From an uncultured Bacteroidales bacterium (lineage in GTDB: Bacteria > Bacteroidota > Bacteroidia > Bacteroidales > S143-33), in NCBI GenBank assembly GCA_964649975.1, contig CAZYSM010000008.1, forward strand, positions 3,094-67,093: 64,000 bases of DNA. The letters are read 5' to 3'. Positions 12,455-20,227 of this stretch are shown here, one piece after another. The first letter of the stretch is position 1; each line of letters opens with the position of its first letter. The translations under genes and the position numbers were made by a program. The notes under the pieces are model-generated. The model worked only from the letters and a program-made list of their open reading frames with translations. It was not told the DNA's origin and ran no database searches.

Positions 12455-12832
12455 TTATTTAATTTCAACTTCTGCTCCTAATTCTTCCAATTTTGCTTTA
12501 ATAGCTTCAGCTTCGTCCTTAGAAACTTTTTCACGCAGTGGTTTTGGAGCTTCATCTACGAGAGCTTTAGCATCTTTCAGTCCGATGCCGAGCATTTCCT
12601 TAACTTCCTTAACCACCTTGAGTTTCTGAGCGCCAGCGCTCTTGAGGATTACGTCAAATTCGGTCTTTTCTTCAGCAGCTTGACCGCCTTCTCCACCTGC
12701 CGGAGCTGCTACTGCAACGGCTGCTGCAGCTGGTTCAATACCATATTCTTCTTTAAGAATATCTGCCAGTTCCTGTACTTCCTTTACTGTTAAGTTAACC
12801 AGCTGTTCTGCTAGTGCTTTAAGGTCTGCCAT
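12455..12832 (-). CDS. rplL: 50S ribosomal protein L7/L12
   Basis: 125 aa. Ala-rich hinge [16 protein letters not shown] and C-terminal [28 protein letters not shown]. Confidence 0.98.
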   Translation of the reverse strand: MADLKALAEQLVNLTVKEVQELADILKEEYGIEPAAAAVAVAAPAGGEGGQAAEEKTEFDVILKSAGAQKLKVVKEVKEMLGIGLKDAKALVDEAPKPLREKVSKDEAEAIKAKLEELGAEVEIK

Positions 12833-12901
12833 TTTAGATGTGTTTTTTAAGTTTTGCGTTTAAAGATAATGAAAATAAATTAGTTAGAAAAATTTGAGAG
12901 A

Positions 12902-13423
12902 TTAACTCTCACGTTCAGAGAGTGCTTTAACTAGTCTAGCTAGGATGTCCCCACCGGATTGTAATTGACCAAGAACGGTCTGCATAGGAGATTTGAGCAG
13001 CAGAACAATATCTGCTATCATTTCTTCTCTAGACTTGAGCGAAGCCAGAGTATTAAGCTGTTCATCACCAATGTAAACAGTCTCATATACATAAGCTGCC
13101 TTGAGCAATGGTTTTGGATGCTGCTTACGGAAATCTTTAATCAGACGTGCCGGAGCATTAGCTGACTCCGAAAGCATCAAAGCTGTATGATACTTAAGAA
13201 CCTCTTTGAGCTGAGAATAATCAGCGTCAACCTGGTCAAAAGCTTTTTCAAGCAATGTATTCTTAACTACCATCAGCTTAATACCCTGCTTATAACACAT
13301 ACGACGCAACAGAGTAGTATCGGCTGCATTCAAATCTGAAATATCCACCAGATAAAAATGGGGATATTCTTTGAGCAGCTCTACTATCTGAGCTATTATC
13401 TTGTTCTTCTGTTCGCGTGTCAT
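12902..13423 (-). CDS. rplJ: 50S ribosomal protein L10
   Basis: 173 aa. Sits in the conserved position between rplA and rplL; L10-like N-terminus MTREQKNKIIAQIVELLKEYPHFYLVD. Confidence 0.95.
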   Translation of the reverse strand: MTREQKNKIIAQIVELLKEYPHFYLVDISDLNAADTTLLRRMCYKQGIKLMVVKNTLLEKAFDQVDADYSQLKEVLKYHTALMLSESANAPARLIKDFRKQHPKPLLKAAYVYETVYIGDEQLNTLASLKSREEMIADIVLLLKSPMQTVLGQLQSGGDILARLVKALSERES

Positions 13424-13434
13424 AGTTATTAGAA

Positions 13435-14136
13435 TTAAGAACGTTTAATAGACTTAGGATCAATAGGTATGCTCGGGCTCATAGTAGAAGAAATGTGAAT
13501 ACTTCTGATATAATTGCCCTTGGCTGCTGCCGGCTTAATCCTAATCAGATGGTTAACAAATTCGTTAATGTTTTCCACGAGTTTTTCTTCCGGAAAAGAT
13601 ACACGTCCTACGGGTACATGCACATTACCAGCTTTGTCAACCTTAAAAGTAATACGTCCGGCTTTGAATTCCTTAACTGCCTGATCCAGCTTATCGGTAA
13701 CTGTACCAGCTTTAGGAGTAGGCATCAGACGACGTGGACCAAGGATACGAGCCACTTTACTTACCTTAGGCATAGCCTGGGGAGTGGCAATTACCACGTC
13801 AAAATCAAGCCATCCGTTCTGGATTTTTTCAATGTAATCATCCAGACCCACATAATCGGCACCTGCTTTGCGTGCTTCTTCCTCTTGTTCAGGAAGACAC
13901 AGTACCAGTACTTTTTTCTCCTTACCTGTACCGTGTGGCAAAACGATGGTACCGCGCACCATTTGGTCGGCCTTACGAGGGTCAACGCCCAATCTTACCG
14001 CCAGGTCAACAGTAGCATCAAACTTCTCGTAAGCTATTTCCTTGAGAAGTTTCACTGCTTCCTCCAGCGGATAGAGCTTGCCCTTTTCTATTTTTTCCAA
14101 GGCCGCCTTACGTTTTTTTGTCAAACGTGCTCCCAT
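13435..14136 (-). CDS. rplA: 50S ribosomal protein L1
   Basis: 233 aa. Contains [34 protein letters not shown]. Confidence 0.97.
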   Translation of the reverse strand: MGARLTKKRKAALEKIEKGKLYPLEEAVKLLKEIAYEKFDATVDLAVRLGVDPRKADQMVRGTIVLPHGTGKEKKVLVLCLPEQEEEARKAGADYVGLDDYIEKIQNGWLDFDVVIATPQAMPKVSKVARILGPRRLMPTPKAGTVTDKLDQAVKEFKAGRITFKVDKAGNVHVPVGRVSFPEEKLVENINEFVNHLIRIKPAAAKGNYIRSIHISSTMSPSIPIDPKSIKRS

Positions 14137-14151
14137 CGTGTCCTTTTATAT

Positions 14152-14610
14152 TTATTTATTTTTCAAGTTCGGAAATGGAGGTTCTCCTTCCACAGTAATG
14201 CCCATACTGCGAGCAGTACCTGCAACCATACTCATAGCAGACTCTATGGTAAAAGTATTCATATCCTGCATCTTACCCTCTGCTATCTGACGAATCTGAT
14301 CCCAGGTAACCTTACCAACTTTATCACGGTTAGGTACCGAAGAACCCTTGGATATACCGGCTGCTTCCTTGAGCTGTACTGCTACAGGCGGAGCTTTGGT
14401 AACAAATTCAAAACTCTTGTCGGCATATACTGTAATAACTACAGGAATAAGCTTACCCTGATATTTCTGGGTACGTGCATTAAATTGCTTACAAAACTCC
14501 ATAATATTAACACCCTTGGCACCAAGGGCAGGACCTACTGGAGGTGAAGGATTAGCCTGACCTCCCGGAATTTGCAATTTTATTATTGCAGAAACTTCTT
14601 TCTTTGCCAT
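14152..14610 (-). CDS. rplK: 50S ribosomal protein L11
   Basis: 152 aa. Contains [35 protein letters not shown]. Confidence 0.98.
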   Translation of the reverse strand: MAKKEVSAIIKLQIPGGQANPSPPVGPALGAKGVNIMEFCKQFNARTQKYQGKLIPVVITVYADKSFEFVTKAPPVAVQLKEAAGISKGSSVPNRDKVGKVTWDQIRQIAEGKMQDMNTFTIESAMSMVAGTARSMGITVEGEPPFPNLKNK

Positions 14611-14628
14611 TTCTTGAGATATTTAAAA

Positions 14629-15216
14629 TTAATCTTCCTTTTCTACTTGACTGAATTTCAATTCTATTGGAGTACGACGCTCAAATATCTTAACAACAAC
14701 CTTTAATTTCTTGCGCTCATTATTAACTTCCTCAATCACGCCCATAAAACCGTTAAAAGGCCCGTCAATGACTTTAACGGTTTCTCCAACTTCAAATTCC
14801 TGTTCCATTTTTTCGCCGTCTTCCTGAAGCTGGTCAGCACGGCTAAGTATCCGGCGAGCCTCAGTATCACGCAGAGGAACAGGACGTTTACCCTTATCTT
14901 CTCCTACAAAACTCACTACATTAGGAACATTGCGTAAAAAATGCTCAACTTCACCAACCAAAGCTGCCTCTACAAGGATGTATCCAGGAAAAAAATTCTT
15001 TTCTTTTACTATTTTCTTTCCCTTTCTGAACTGAATAACTTTTTCTGTCGGAACCAGCACTCTACCAATATATTCACTCAACAAAGGATTCTTTGAAAGC
15101 TCTATTTCAATATACTCCTTAACCCTCTTTTCTTTCCCGCTAATAACGCGGAGCACATACCATTTTTTCTGATTCTCTTCCTGCGTCTCCTGTGTTATAT
15201 TTTTCTCTTCAGCCAT
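14629..15216 (-). CDS. nusG: transcription termination/antitermination factor NusG
   Basis: 195 aa. NGN start KWYVLRVISGKEKRV and KOW motif GETVKVIDGPFNGFMGVIEEV. Confidence 0.96.
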   Translation of the reverse strand: MAEEKNITQETQEENQKKWYVLRVISGKEKRVKEYIEIELSKNPLLSEYIGRVLVPTEKVIQFRKGKKIVKEKNFFPGYILVEAALVGEVEHFLRNVPNVVSFVGEDKGKRPVPLRDTEARRILSRADQLQEDGEKMEQEFEVGETVKVIDGPFNGFMGVIEEVNNERKKLKVVVKIFERRTPIELKFSQVEKED

Positions 15217-15226
15217 AAAAAAAAAT

Positions 15227-15418
15227 TTAGAATAAACTGTAAATCAAACTCATCAGACCTTTGAAAGTAACATCCATAAGAAGGATAATAATAGCCAGGA
15301 TAACCGTAGCTACGAGTACAACCAGAGCTTGTACTTGCAACTCATCCCATGTCGGCCACGTTACCTTCTGCGTCATTTCCTGATAGACATCCTTCAGATA
15401 AGCAATAAATTTACGCAT
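15227..15418 (-). CDS. secE: preprotein translocase subunit SecE
   Basis: 63 aa with a single C-terminal TM helix. Conserved position between tRNA-Trp and nusG. Confidence 0.9.
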   Translation of the reverse strand: MRKFIAYLKDVYQEMTQKVTWPTWDELQVQALVVLVATVILAIIILLMDVTFKGLMSLIYSLF

Positions 15419-15458
15419 TGTTCCCGAGTTAGAATATTTTCAATTTAGAAAAAAATAG

Positions 15459-15531
15459 CACGGGAGGGGCGACTCGAACACCCGGCCTGCGGATTTGGAG
15501 TCCGCTGCTCTACCAACTGAGCTACTCCCGT
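15459..15531 (-). tRNA. tRNA-Trp (anticodon CCA)
   Basis: 73-nt cloverleaf folded by hand. Acceptor ACGGGAG/CTCCCGT, anticodon loop CTCCAAA, T-loop TTCGAGT. No encoded CCA end. Confidence 0.93.
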
Positions 15532-15535
15532 GTCT

Positions 15536-15566
15536 AAAAAGAGGCTCCCTCCTGAGAGGGAAGCCC
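15536..15566 (-). terminator. hairpin plus T-tract after tuf
   Basis: Minus strand reads GGCTTCCCTCtcagGAGGGAGCC (one bulge) followed by TCTTTTT, about 10 nt past the tuf stop. Confidence 0.55.
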
Positions 15567-15576
15567 TATATATTGA

Positions 15577-16770
15577 TTACTCAATAATCTTAATTACCTG
15601 ACCAGCACCTACTGTACGACCACCCTCACGGATAGCAAAACGCAAACCTTCGTTCAAAGCTACCGGATAAATCAATTCAACCTCAATCTCTACGTGGTCA
15701 CCAGGCATAACCATCTCAACTCCTTCAGGAAGCTTGATAGTACCAGTAACGTCCAATGTACGCAGATAGAACTGAGGACGATAATTATTGTGGAACGGAG
15801 TATGACGTCCACCTTCTTCCTTCTTCAGAACGTAAACCTGAGCCTTGAACTTGGTGTGAGGAGTGATAGTACCAGGAGCAGCTACTACCATACCACGCTT
15901 AACGTCAGTCTTTTCAATACCACGCAGGAGCAAACCAACGTTATCACCAGCCTGACCTTCGTCCAGAATCTTACGGAACATCTCAACACCAGTAACAACA
16001 GACTTGAGAGGCTTAGGATCTTTACGCAGACCTACGATTTCTACTGGGTCACCTGTGTGGATAATACCCTGCTCAATACGACCTGTAACAACTGTACCAC
16101 GACCTGTAATAGAGAATACGTCCTCAATAGGCATCAAGAATGGCTTGTCAATGTCACGTACTGGATCTGGAATATACTCGTCAACAGCGTCCATTAATTC
16201 CAGAACCTTTTCTTCCCACTGAGGTTCACCGTTAAGAGCACCCAGAGCAGAACCACGGATAACAGGAACGTTATCACCATCATACTCATAGAAACTCAAC
16301 AGGTCACGAACTTCCATTTCAACCAGGTCAAGCAACTCTTCGTCGTCAACCAGGTCAACTTTGTTAATGAAAACAACCATAGCAGGCACATTAACCTGAC
16401 GAGCCAGCAATACGTGCTCACGAGTCTGAGGCATAGGACCGTCAGTAGCAGCAACTACCAGAATAGCACCGTCCATCTGAGCTGCACCGGTAACCATGTT
16501 CTTAATATAGTCGGCGTGACCCGGGCAGTCAATGTGAGCATAGTGACGTTTCTTAGTCTCATACTCAACGTGAGCAGTGTTAATAGTAATACCACGCTCT
16601 TTTTCTTCAGGAGCGTTGTCAATCTTGTCAAAATCAACGAACTCAGCAGTACCCTGCTTAGCCAAAACCTTAGTAATAGCAGCAGTCAAAGTAGTCTTAC
16701 CATGGTCAATGTGTCCTATAGTACCGATATTAACGTGCGGTTTGGTTCTTACAAATTTTTCTTTAGCCAT
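15577..16770 (-). CDS. tuf: elongation factor Tu
   Basis: 397 aa. N-terminus [37 protein letters not shown]; G-domain motifs DCPGHADY and NKVD. Confidence 0.99.
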   Translation of the reverse strand: MAKEKFVRTKPHVNIGTIGHIDHGKTTLTAAITKVLAKQGTAEFVDFDKIDNAPEEKERGITINTAHVEYETKKRHYAHIDCPGHADYIKNMVTGAAQMDGAILVVAATDGPMPQTREHVLLARQVNVPAMVVFINKVDLVDDEELLDLVEMEVRDLLSFYEYDGDNVPVIRGSALGALNGEPQWEEKVLELMDAVDEYIPDPVRDIDKPFLMPIEDVFSITGRGTVVTGRIEQGIIHTGDPVEIVGLRKDPKPLKSVVTGVEMFRKILDEGQAGDNVGLLLRGIEKTDVKRGMVVAAPGTITPHTKFKAQVYVLKKEEGGRHTPFHNNYRPQFYLRTLDVTGTIKLPEGVEMVMPGDHVEIEVELIYPVALNEGLRFAIREGGRTVGAGQVIKIIE

Positions 16771-16845
16771 AGTTATAAGTATTTGAAAATTTAGTTTAGC
16801 CCACTAAAAAATAATGAACTTAATTGATCAAGCCTGCTGTGTTAG

Positions 16846-16918
16846 AGCCAATGACGGGACTTGAACCCGTGACCCCCACCTTACCAAGGTGGTGCTCTAC
16901 CTACTGAGCTACATTGGC
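16846..16918 (-). tRNA. tRNA-Thr (anticodon GGT)
   Basis: 73-nt cloverleaf. Acceptor GCCAATG/CATTGGC, anticodon loop TTGGTAA, T-loop TTCAAGT. Confidence 0.92.
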
Positions 16919-16932
16919 TCAATAAAAAAAAG

Positions 16933-17005
16933 AGCGGGCGACGGGCCTCGAACCCGCGACCTTCAGCTTGGAAGGCTGACGCTCTACCAACTGAGCTACG
17001 CCCGC
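16933..17005 (-). tRNA. tRNA-Gly (anticodon TCC)
   Basis: 73-nt cloverleaf. Acceptor GCGGGCG/CGCCCGC, anticodon loop CTTCCAA, T-loop TTCGAGG. Confidence 0.92.
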
Positions 17006-17029
17006 TTCTCTTACAACAGACTTAATCAG

Positions 17030-17102
17030 AGCCAGTGGAGGGACTCGAACCCCCGGCCTGCTGATTACAAATCAGCTGCTCTACCAACTGAGCTACACTG
17101 GC
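17030..17102 (-). tRNA. tRNA-Thr (anticodon TGT)
   Basis: 73-nt cloverleaf. Acceptor GCCAGTG/CACTGGC, anticodon loop TTTGTAA, T-loop TTCGAGT. Confidence 0.92.
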
Positions 17103-17115
17103 TTTTCAAAGAACA

Positions 17116-17143
17116 CCGACTTGAGAAACAGCTCTCAAGTCGG
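17116..17143 (-). terminator. 11-bp hairpin downstream of hpf and immediately upstream of the tRNA cluster (hpf terminator and/or tRNA-leader structure)
   Basis: CCGACTTGAGA/TCTCAAGTCGG with a 6-nt loop. On the minus strand it is followed by TGTTCTTTG. It lies downstream of the putative tRNA promoter, so its role is ambiguous. Confidence 0.4.
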
Positions 17144-17147
17144 TATG

Positions 17148-17178
17148 CAAAAATAGAAGCTTTTTTCAATTATGCAAA
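17148..17178 (-). promoter_or_regulatory. Bacteroidota-type promoter for the tRNA-Thr/Gly/Thr-tuf unit
   Basis: Minus strand reads TTTG-N19-TATTTTTGca. This matches the -33 TTTG / -7 TAnnTTTG consensus with canonical spacing. Confidence 0.55.
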
Positions 17179-17209
17179 ATTTAATCGGAATTTTTTTCTA
17201 AAAAAAATT

Positions 17210-17515
17210 TTAACGACGCTTGTCTTTTGCCTTTAAAATCTGTCTCTTTAACGCATCTATCACATCCAAGGTAGCCTGCTCAAAGCTTGAAGCAGTCTTC
17301 TCGGCAAAATAATCACCATTACGACCAAACAACTTAACCTTTACAACTTTACTGTCAAAATTAGGCACACGGCCTTTCTCAAGGTCAAGGATAACTTCGG
17401 CCTCGGACAAATTCTCGTCAAAATGAGCAAGTTTGCTCAACTTCTTCGTGATAAACTCCTGAAGAGATGCTTCAGGATTAACGTGCTGAGATGAAATGTT
17501 TATCTTCATACGCAT
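17210..17515 (-). CDS. hpf: ribosome hibernation promoting factor / ribosome-associated inhibitor (short HPF/RaiA family)
   Basis: 101 aa. Contains MKINISSQHVNPEASLQEFITKKLSKL...AEVILD...YFAEKTASSFEQATLDVIDALKRQI. The true start may be the Met at codon 3. Confidence 0.85.
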   Translation of the reverse strand: MRMKINISSQHVNPEASLQEFITKKLSKLAHFDENLSEAEVILDLEKGRVPNFDSKVVKVKLFGRNGDYFAEKTASSFEQATLDVIDALKRQILKAKDKRR

Positions 17516-17522
17516 CTGGTTT

Positions 17523-18392
17523 TTAGGCTCTTGGATGAGCCTGTTTATATACTTTTTTTAGTTTCTCAAAACTGTTATGGGTGTAAACCTCGGTAGCTGC
17601 CAGGGAACTATGCCCAAGCAACTCCTTGATGGCATTGATATCCGCACCATTATTCAATAAATGAGTGGCAAAACTATGCCGTAAAATATGCGGCGTCTTT
17701 TTATCCAACGTTGTCAAAGAACTTAAAAAACGCTTTACTATACGGTTAATTAACTCCGGATAAGGTGGCCTTCCGGTATTGGACAAAATTAAAAACGATT
17801 TATCATAATGGTCAAAAAATTTGGGCTTTAAATTTTCATAATTTCTTATTAACTCCAACAGATCCTCGCTCACCGGAATATACCTTTCCTTGCGTCCCTT
17901 ACCCAGTACCTTTATCTGCTGATTGGCAAAATCTACATCTGTTATTTTCAGGCGCACCAGCTCCGAACGCCTCATACCTGTCCAGTACAATATCTCTACC
18001 ACAAGAAAATCGCGCAAAGCCAGAAAATCATTTAAATCCCCTTGATCCAACAATTTATTCATATCCCGCTGCGGAATAAAACCGGGTAGTGGCCTGCCAA
18101 CCCTGGGCATTATTATTTTATCCATAGGTGAAGAAGAAATAAATCCATTACGCAAGAGAAAACGATAAAAGCTCTTAAGAGCTGATAATTTCCTCCTGAT
18201 AGAACGTGGCGAAATACCACGATCATACAAATCCACTATCCAACGGCGTATCTCTCTATGGTCAGTAATAATTTCAGAATAAGGCAGGCCAACAAAATCG
18301 TAAAATTGATGCAAATCCCGCTTGTAAGCAGAAACCGTTTTGTCCGAATATCTGCGCTCCGACTCCAAGTATTTCAAAAACTTATCTACCAT
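17523..18392 (-). CDS. tyrosine recombinase, XerC/XerD family
   Basis: 289 aa. N-terminal SAM-like domain (FLKYLESERRYSDKTVSAYKRDL). Catalytic HILRHSFATHLL and LGHSSLAATEVYTH. Confidence 0.88.
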   Translation of the reverse strand: MVDKFLKYLESERRYSDKTVSAYKRDLHQFYDFVGLPYSEIITDHREIRRWIVDLYDRGISPRSIRRKLSALKSFYRFLLRNGFISSSPMDKIIMPRVGRPLPGFIPQRDMNKLLDQGDLNDFLALRDFLVVEILYWTGMRRSELVRLKITDVDFANQQIKVLGKGRKERYIPVSEDLLELIRNYENLKPKFFDHYDKSFLILSNTGRPPYPELINRIVKRFLSSLTTLDKKTPHILRHSFATHLLNNGADINAIKELLGHSSLAATEVYTHNSFEKLKKVYKQAHPRA

Positions 18393-18440
18393 CCAGATTT
18401 CCCAATTCCTTTATTAAATTTAATTCTTTTTTCCGAATTT

Positions 18441-19115
18441 TCAAAATCTCAAAATCACAAAAGAATATAAAATGTAAAACACTATCAACAAGCTGATTCC
18501 CAAAAATTTCCATATCAAAATAAACAAAAAAGCCACAAAAATAAATATGTATCTATACCAATTATCCGCAAAAGAAAATTTATTTGTGAATTTCAAGGAC
18601 ATCATCCTTAGCGGTAAAACAAGCAGAAAAGCAAAAAACACTGTAAGCAAACCAAGTAAATAGTCATTAGACAAAAAATCAAAATGCTGCAAGCTTATAC
18701 TCAGCTGGTAGGACGCAAAAAAAATTGCCAGAGCCGGTGTTGGCAAACCACGGAATACAAATTTCTGGTCTGGGTCATTATTAAAATTAGCAAGTCGCAA
18801 GGCGGAAAAAATAACAATCAAAAAAGCAAGATAAGATAGTAAAGGATTGCTTATCAATTTATAAACAATAAAAGTGGGCAACAAGCCAAATGTTACTATA
18901 TCAGCCAGAGAGTCAAGGTCCTTGCCAATAGGATTATTTACTTTTAACAATCTGGCCACAAATCCGTCAAAAAAATCAAATACCGATCCGGAAAAAATCA
19001 TTATACTTGCAAAAGACAATTCTCCGTTAAAACAGAAAACAATCCCGATGGTACCCGAAAGCAAATTCAATATTGTCAAAGTATTCGGAAAAATATTTTT
19101 GTTAAACACTTTCAT
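18441..19115 (-). CDS. pssA: CDP-diacylglycerol--serine O-phosphatidyltransferase (CDP-alcohol phosphatidyltransferase family)
   Basis: Motif DFFDGFVARLLKVNNPIGKDLDSLADIV (DG..AR...G...D...D) in a multi-TM protein. The track ORF extends to 19160, but Met16 (MKVFNKNIFPNTLTILNLLSG) looks like the native start. Confidence 0.85.
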   Translation of the reverse strand: MKVFNKNIFPNTLTILNLLSGTIGIVFCFNGELSFASIMIFSGSVFDFFDGFVARLLKVNNPIGKDLDSLADIVTFGLLPTFIVYKLISNPLLSYLAFLIVIFSALRLANFNNDPDQKFVFRGLPTPALAIFFASYQLSISLQHFDFLSNDYLLGLLTVFFAFLLVLPLRMMSLKFTNKFSFADNWYRYIFIFVAFLFILIWKFLGISLLIVFYILYSFVILRF

Positions 19116-20178
19116 TTTTCTGTCTTTTTCAGTTTTTGGGCAATTCGTAAGCTTCAGCAATGAATTCCTGAAAATTGGCGCTACTGCTCAGGGCATAGCC
19201 ACAGGTAATAGTATAATGGCCAATATTAAAGGATCGTCTGCCCTTTATTATAATCCTGCCAATATAACAAAATTAGCCAATAGCCTGGATTTTACAATAA
19301 CACACAGCGAATATTTTTCCAATGTTGCAAACTACGATTTTGCCTCGGTGGCTTACAAATATAAACCAGATATTTCTCTGGCAGCAGGATTTATCCGCCT
19401 GGGCGTAGATAATATCCCCAACACTTTGTCTATCTACAGCAATGGCAGTTTTGATCCTGATAAGATAACATATTTTTCCGTGGAAGACTATGCCTTTTTA
19501 CTTTCTCTGGCAAAAAATCTCGGGAATTTATCTTATGCCCTGCGTAGCAAAATAATATACCGTCATCTTGGACAATTTGTCAACGGATATGGTTTTGGCA
19601 TAGATGCCGCTATTACCTATCACCAGGGGAAAAATATCTTTGCCGCTAATTTCAATGACATCCTTGGTACATTTACAGCATGGTTTTATAACCTGGACAG
19701 CACGGTTATAAACGTATTTGACAGTACAGGCAATGCTATTCCGCAAAACGCTATGGAGTTTACCATTCCTTCAACTATCCTGGCCTGGGGAAGAACATTT
19801 CAGATAGCACCCAAATGGACACTTGCAGCAGAAACAGACATTTATATAGAATGGGCACAAAAGAACAATATGTTACTGAGCACACGGATTTTCAGCCTGA
19901 GCCCGCGCCTTGGTGCAGAACTTCAATTCAAAGATGTATTATTTATCCGTGCGGGGATGTCTAATTTCCAGAAAGTTACTTATTTCACTGGTAAAGATTC
20001 GGTTAACACCTCAAGAAGAATAAACTTTTTTCCGCAGATGGGCATAGGCTTCCGCTATCACGGTATATTTATAGACTATGCATTCCAGAACTTTCTTAAT
20101 AGTGCCGTAGCATTACGATCACACTTCATCACTGTCCGTTTCTCGTTGGGGAAAAAGCCTGAAAAATCAATGCTCTAA
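19048..20178 (+). CDS. outer-membrane beta-barrel protein, PorV/PorQ-like (T9SS-associated family)
   Basis: The track ORF starts at 18874 inside pssA. The Met at 19048 gives signal peptide MVPESKFNIVKVFGKIFLLNTFIFLSFSVFGQ. The segment LKIGATAQGIATGNSIMANIKGSSALYYNPANI resembles the PorV/PorQ N-terminal motif from memory. Confidence 0.45.
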   Translation: MVPESKFNIVKVFGKIFLLNTFIFLSFSVFGQFVSFSNEFLKIGATAQGIATGNSIMANIKGSSALYYNPANITKLANSLDFTITHSEYFSNVANYDFASVAYKYKPDISLAAGFIRLGVDNIPNTLSIYSNGSFDPDKITYFSVEDYAFLLSLAKNLGNLSYALRSKIIYRHLGQFVNGYGFGIDAAITYHQGKNIFAANFNDILGTFTAWFYNLDSTVINVFDSTGNAIPQNAMEFTIPSTILAWGRTFQIAPKWTLAAETDIYIEWAQKNNMLLSTRIFSLSPRLGAELQFKDVLFIRAGMSNFQKVTYFTGKDSVNTSRRINFFPQMGIGFRYHGIFIDYAFQNFLNSAVALRSHFITVRFSLGKKPEKSML

Positions 20179-20182
20179 ATAT

Positions 20183-20213
20183 AAAAAACCGTCCCCCTGC
20201 TGCAGAAGGACGG
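20183..20213 (-). terminator. hairpin terminator after the acyl-CoA synthetase gene
   Basis: CCGTCC...GGACGG stem. On the minus strand it is followed by TTTTTTATAT. It lies between convergent gene ends. Confidence 0.6.
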
Positions 20214-20227
20214 CTAAAAAATCTTGG

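Noticed and set aside
13495-14547. 350-aa plus-strand ORF spanning rplA and rplK
   Set aside because: It is the codon-aligned antisense frame of both ribosomal protein genes (same phase, positions congruent to 1 mod 3). Highly expressed genes avoid TTA/CTA/TCA codons, which removes stops from the mirror frame. The product is low-complexity with no motifs.
16846-18392. Tyrosine recombinase next to a tRNA cluster as a sign of an integrated mobile element
   Set aside because: The recombinase is XerC/XerD-like and sits between hpf and pssA, with core genes on both sides. I found no direct repeat of a tRNA 3' end and no cargo, excisionase or phage-like genes. This looks like a conserved chromosomal arrangement.
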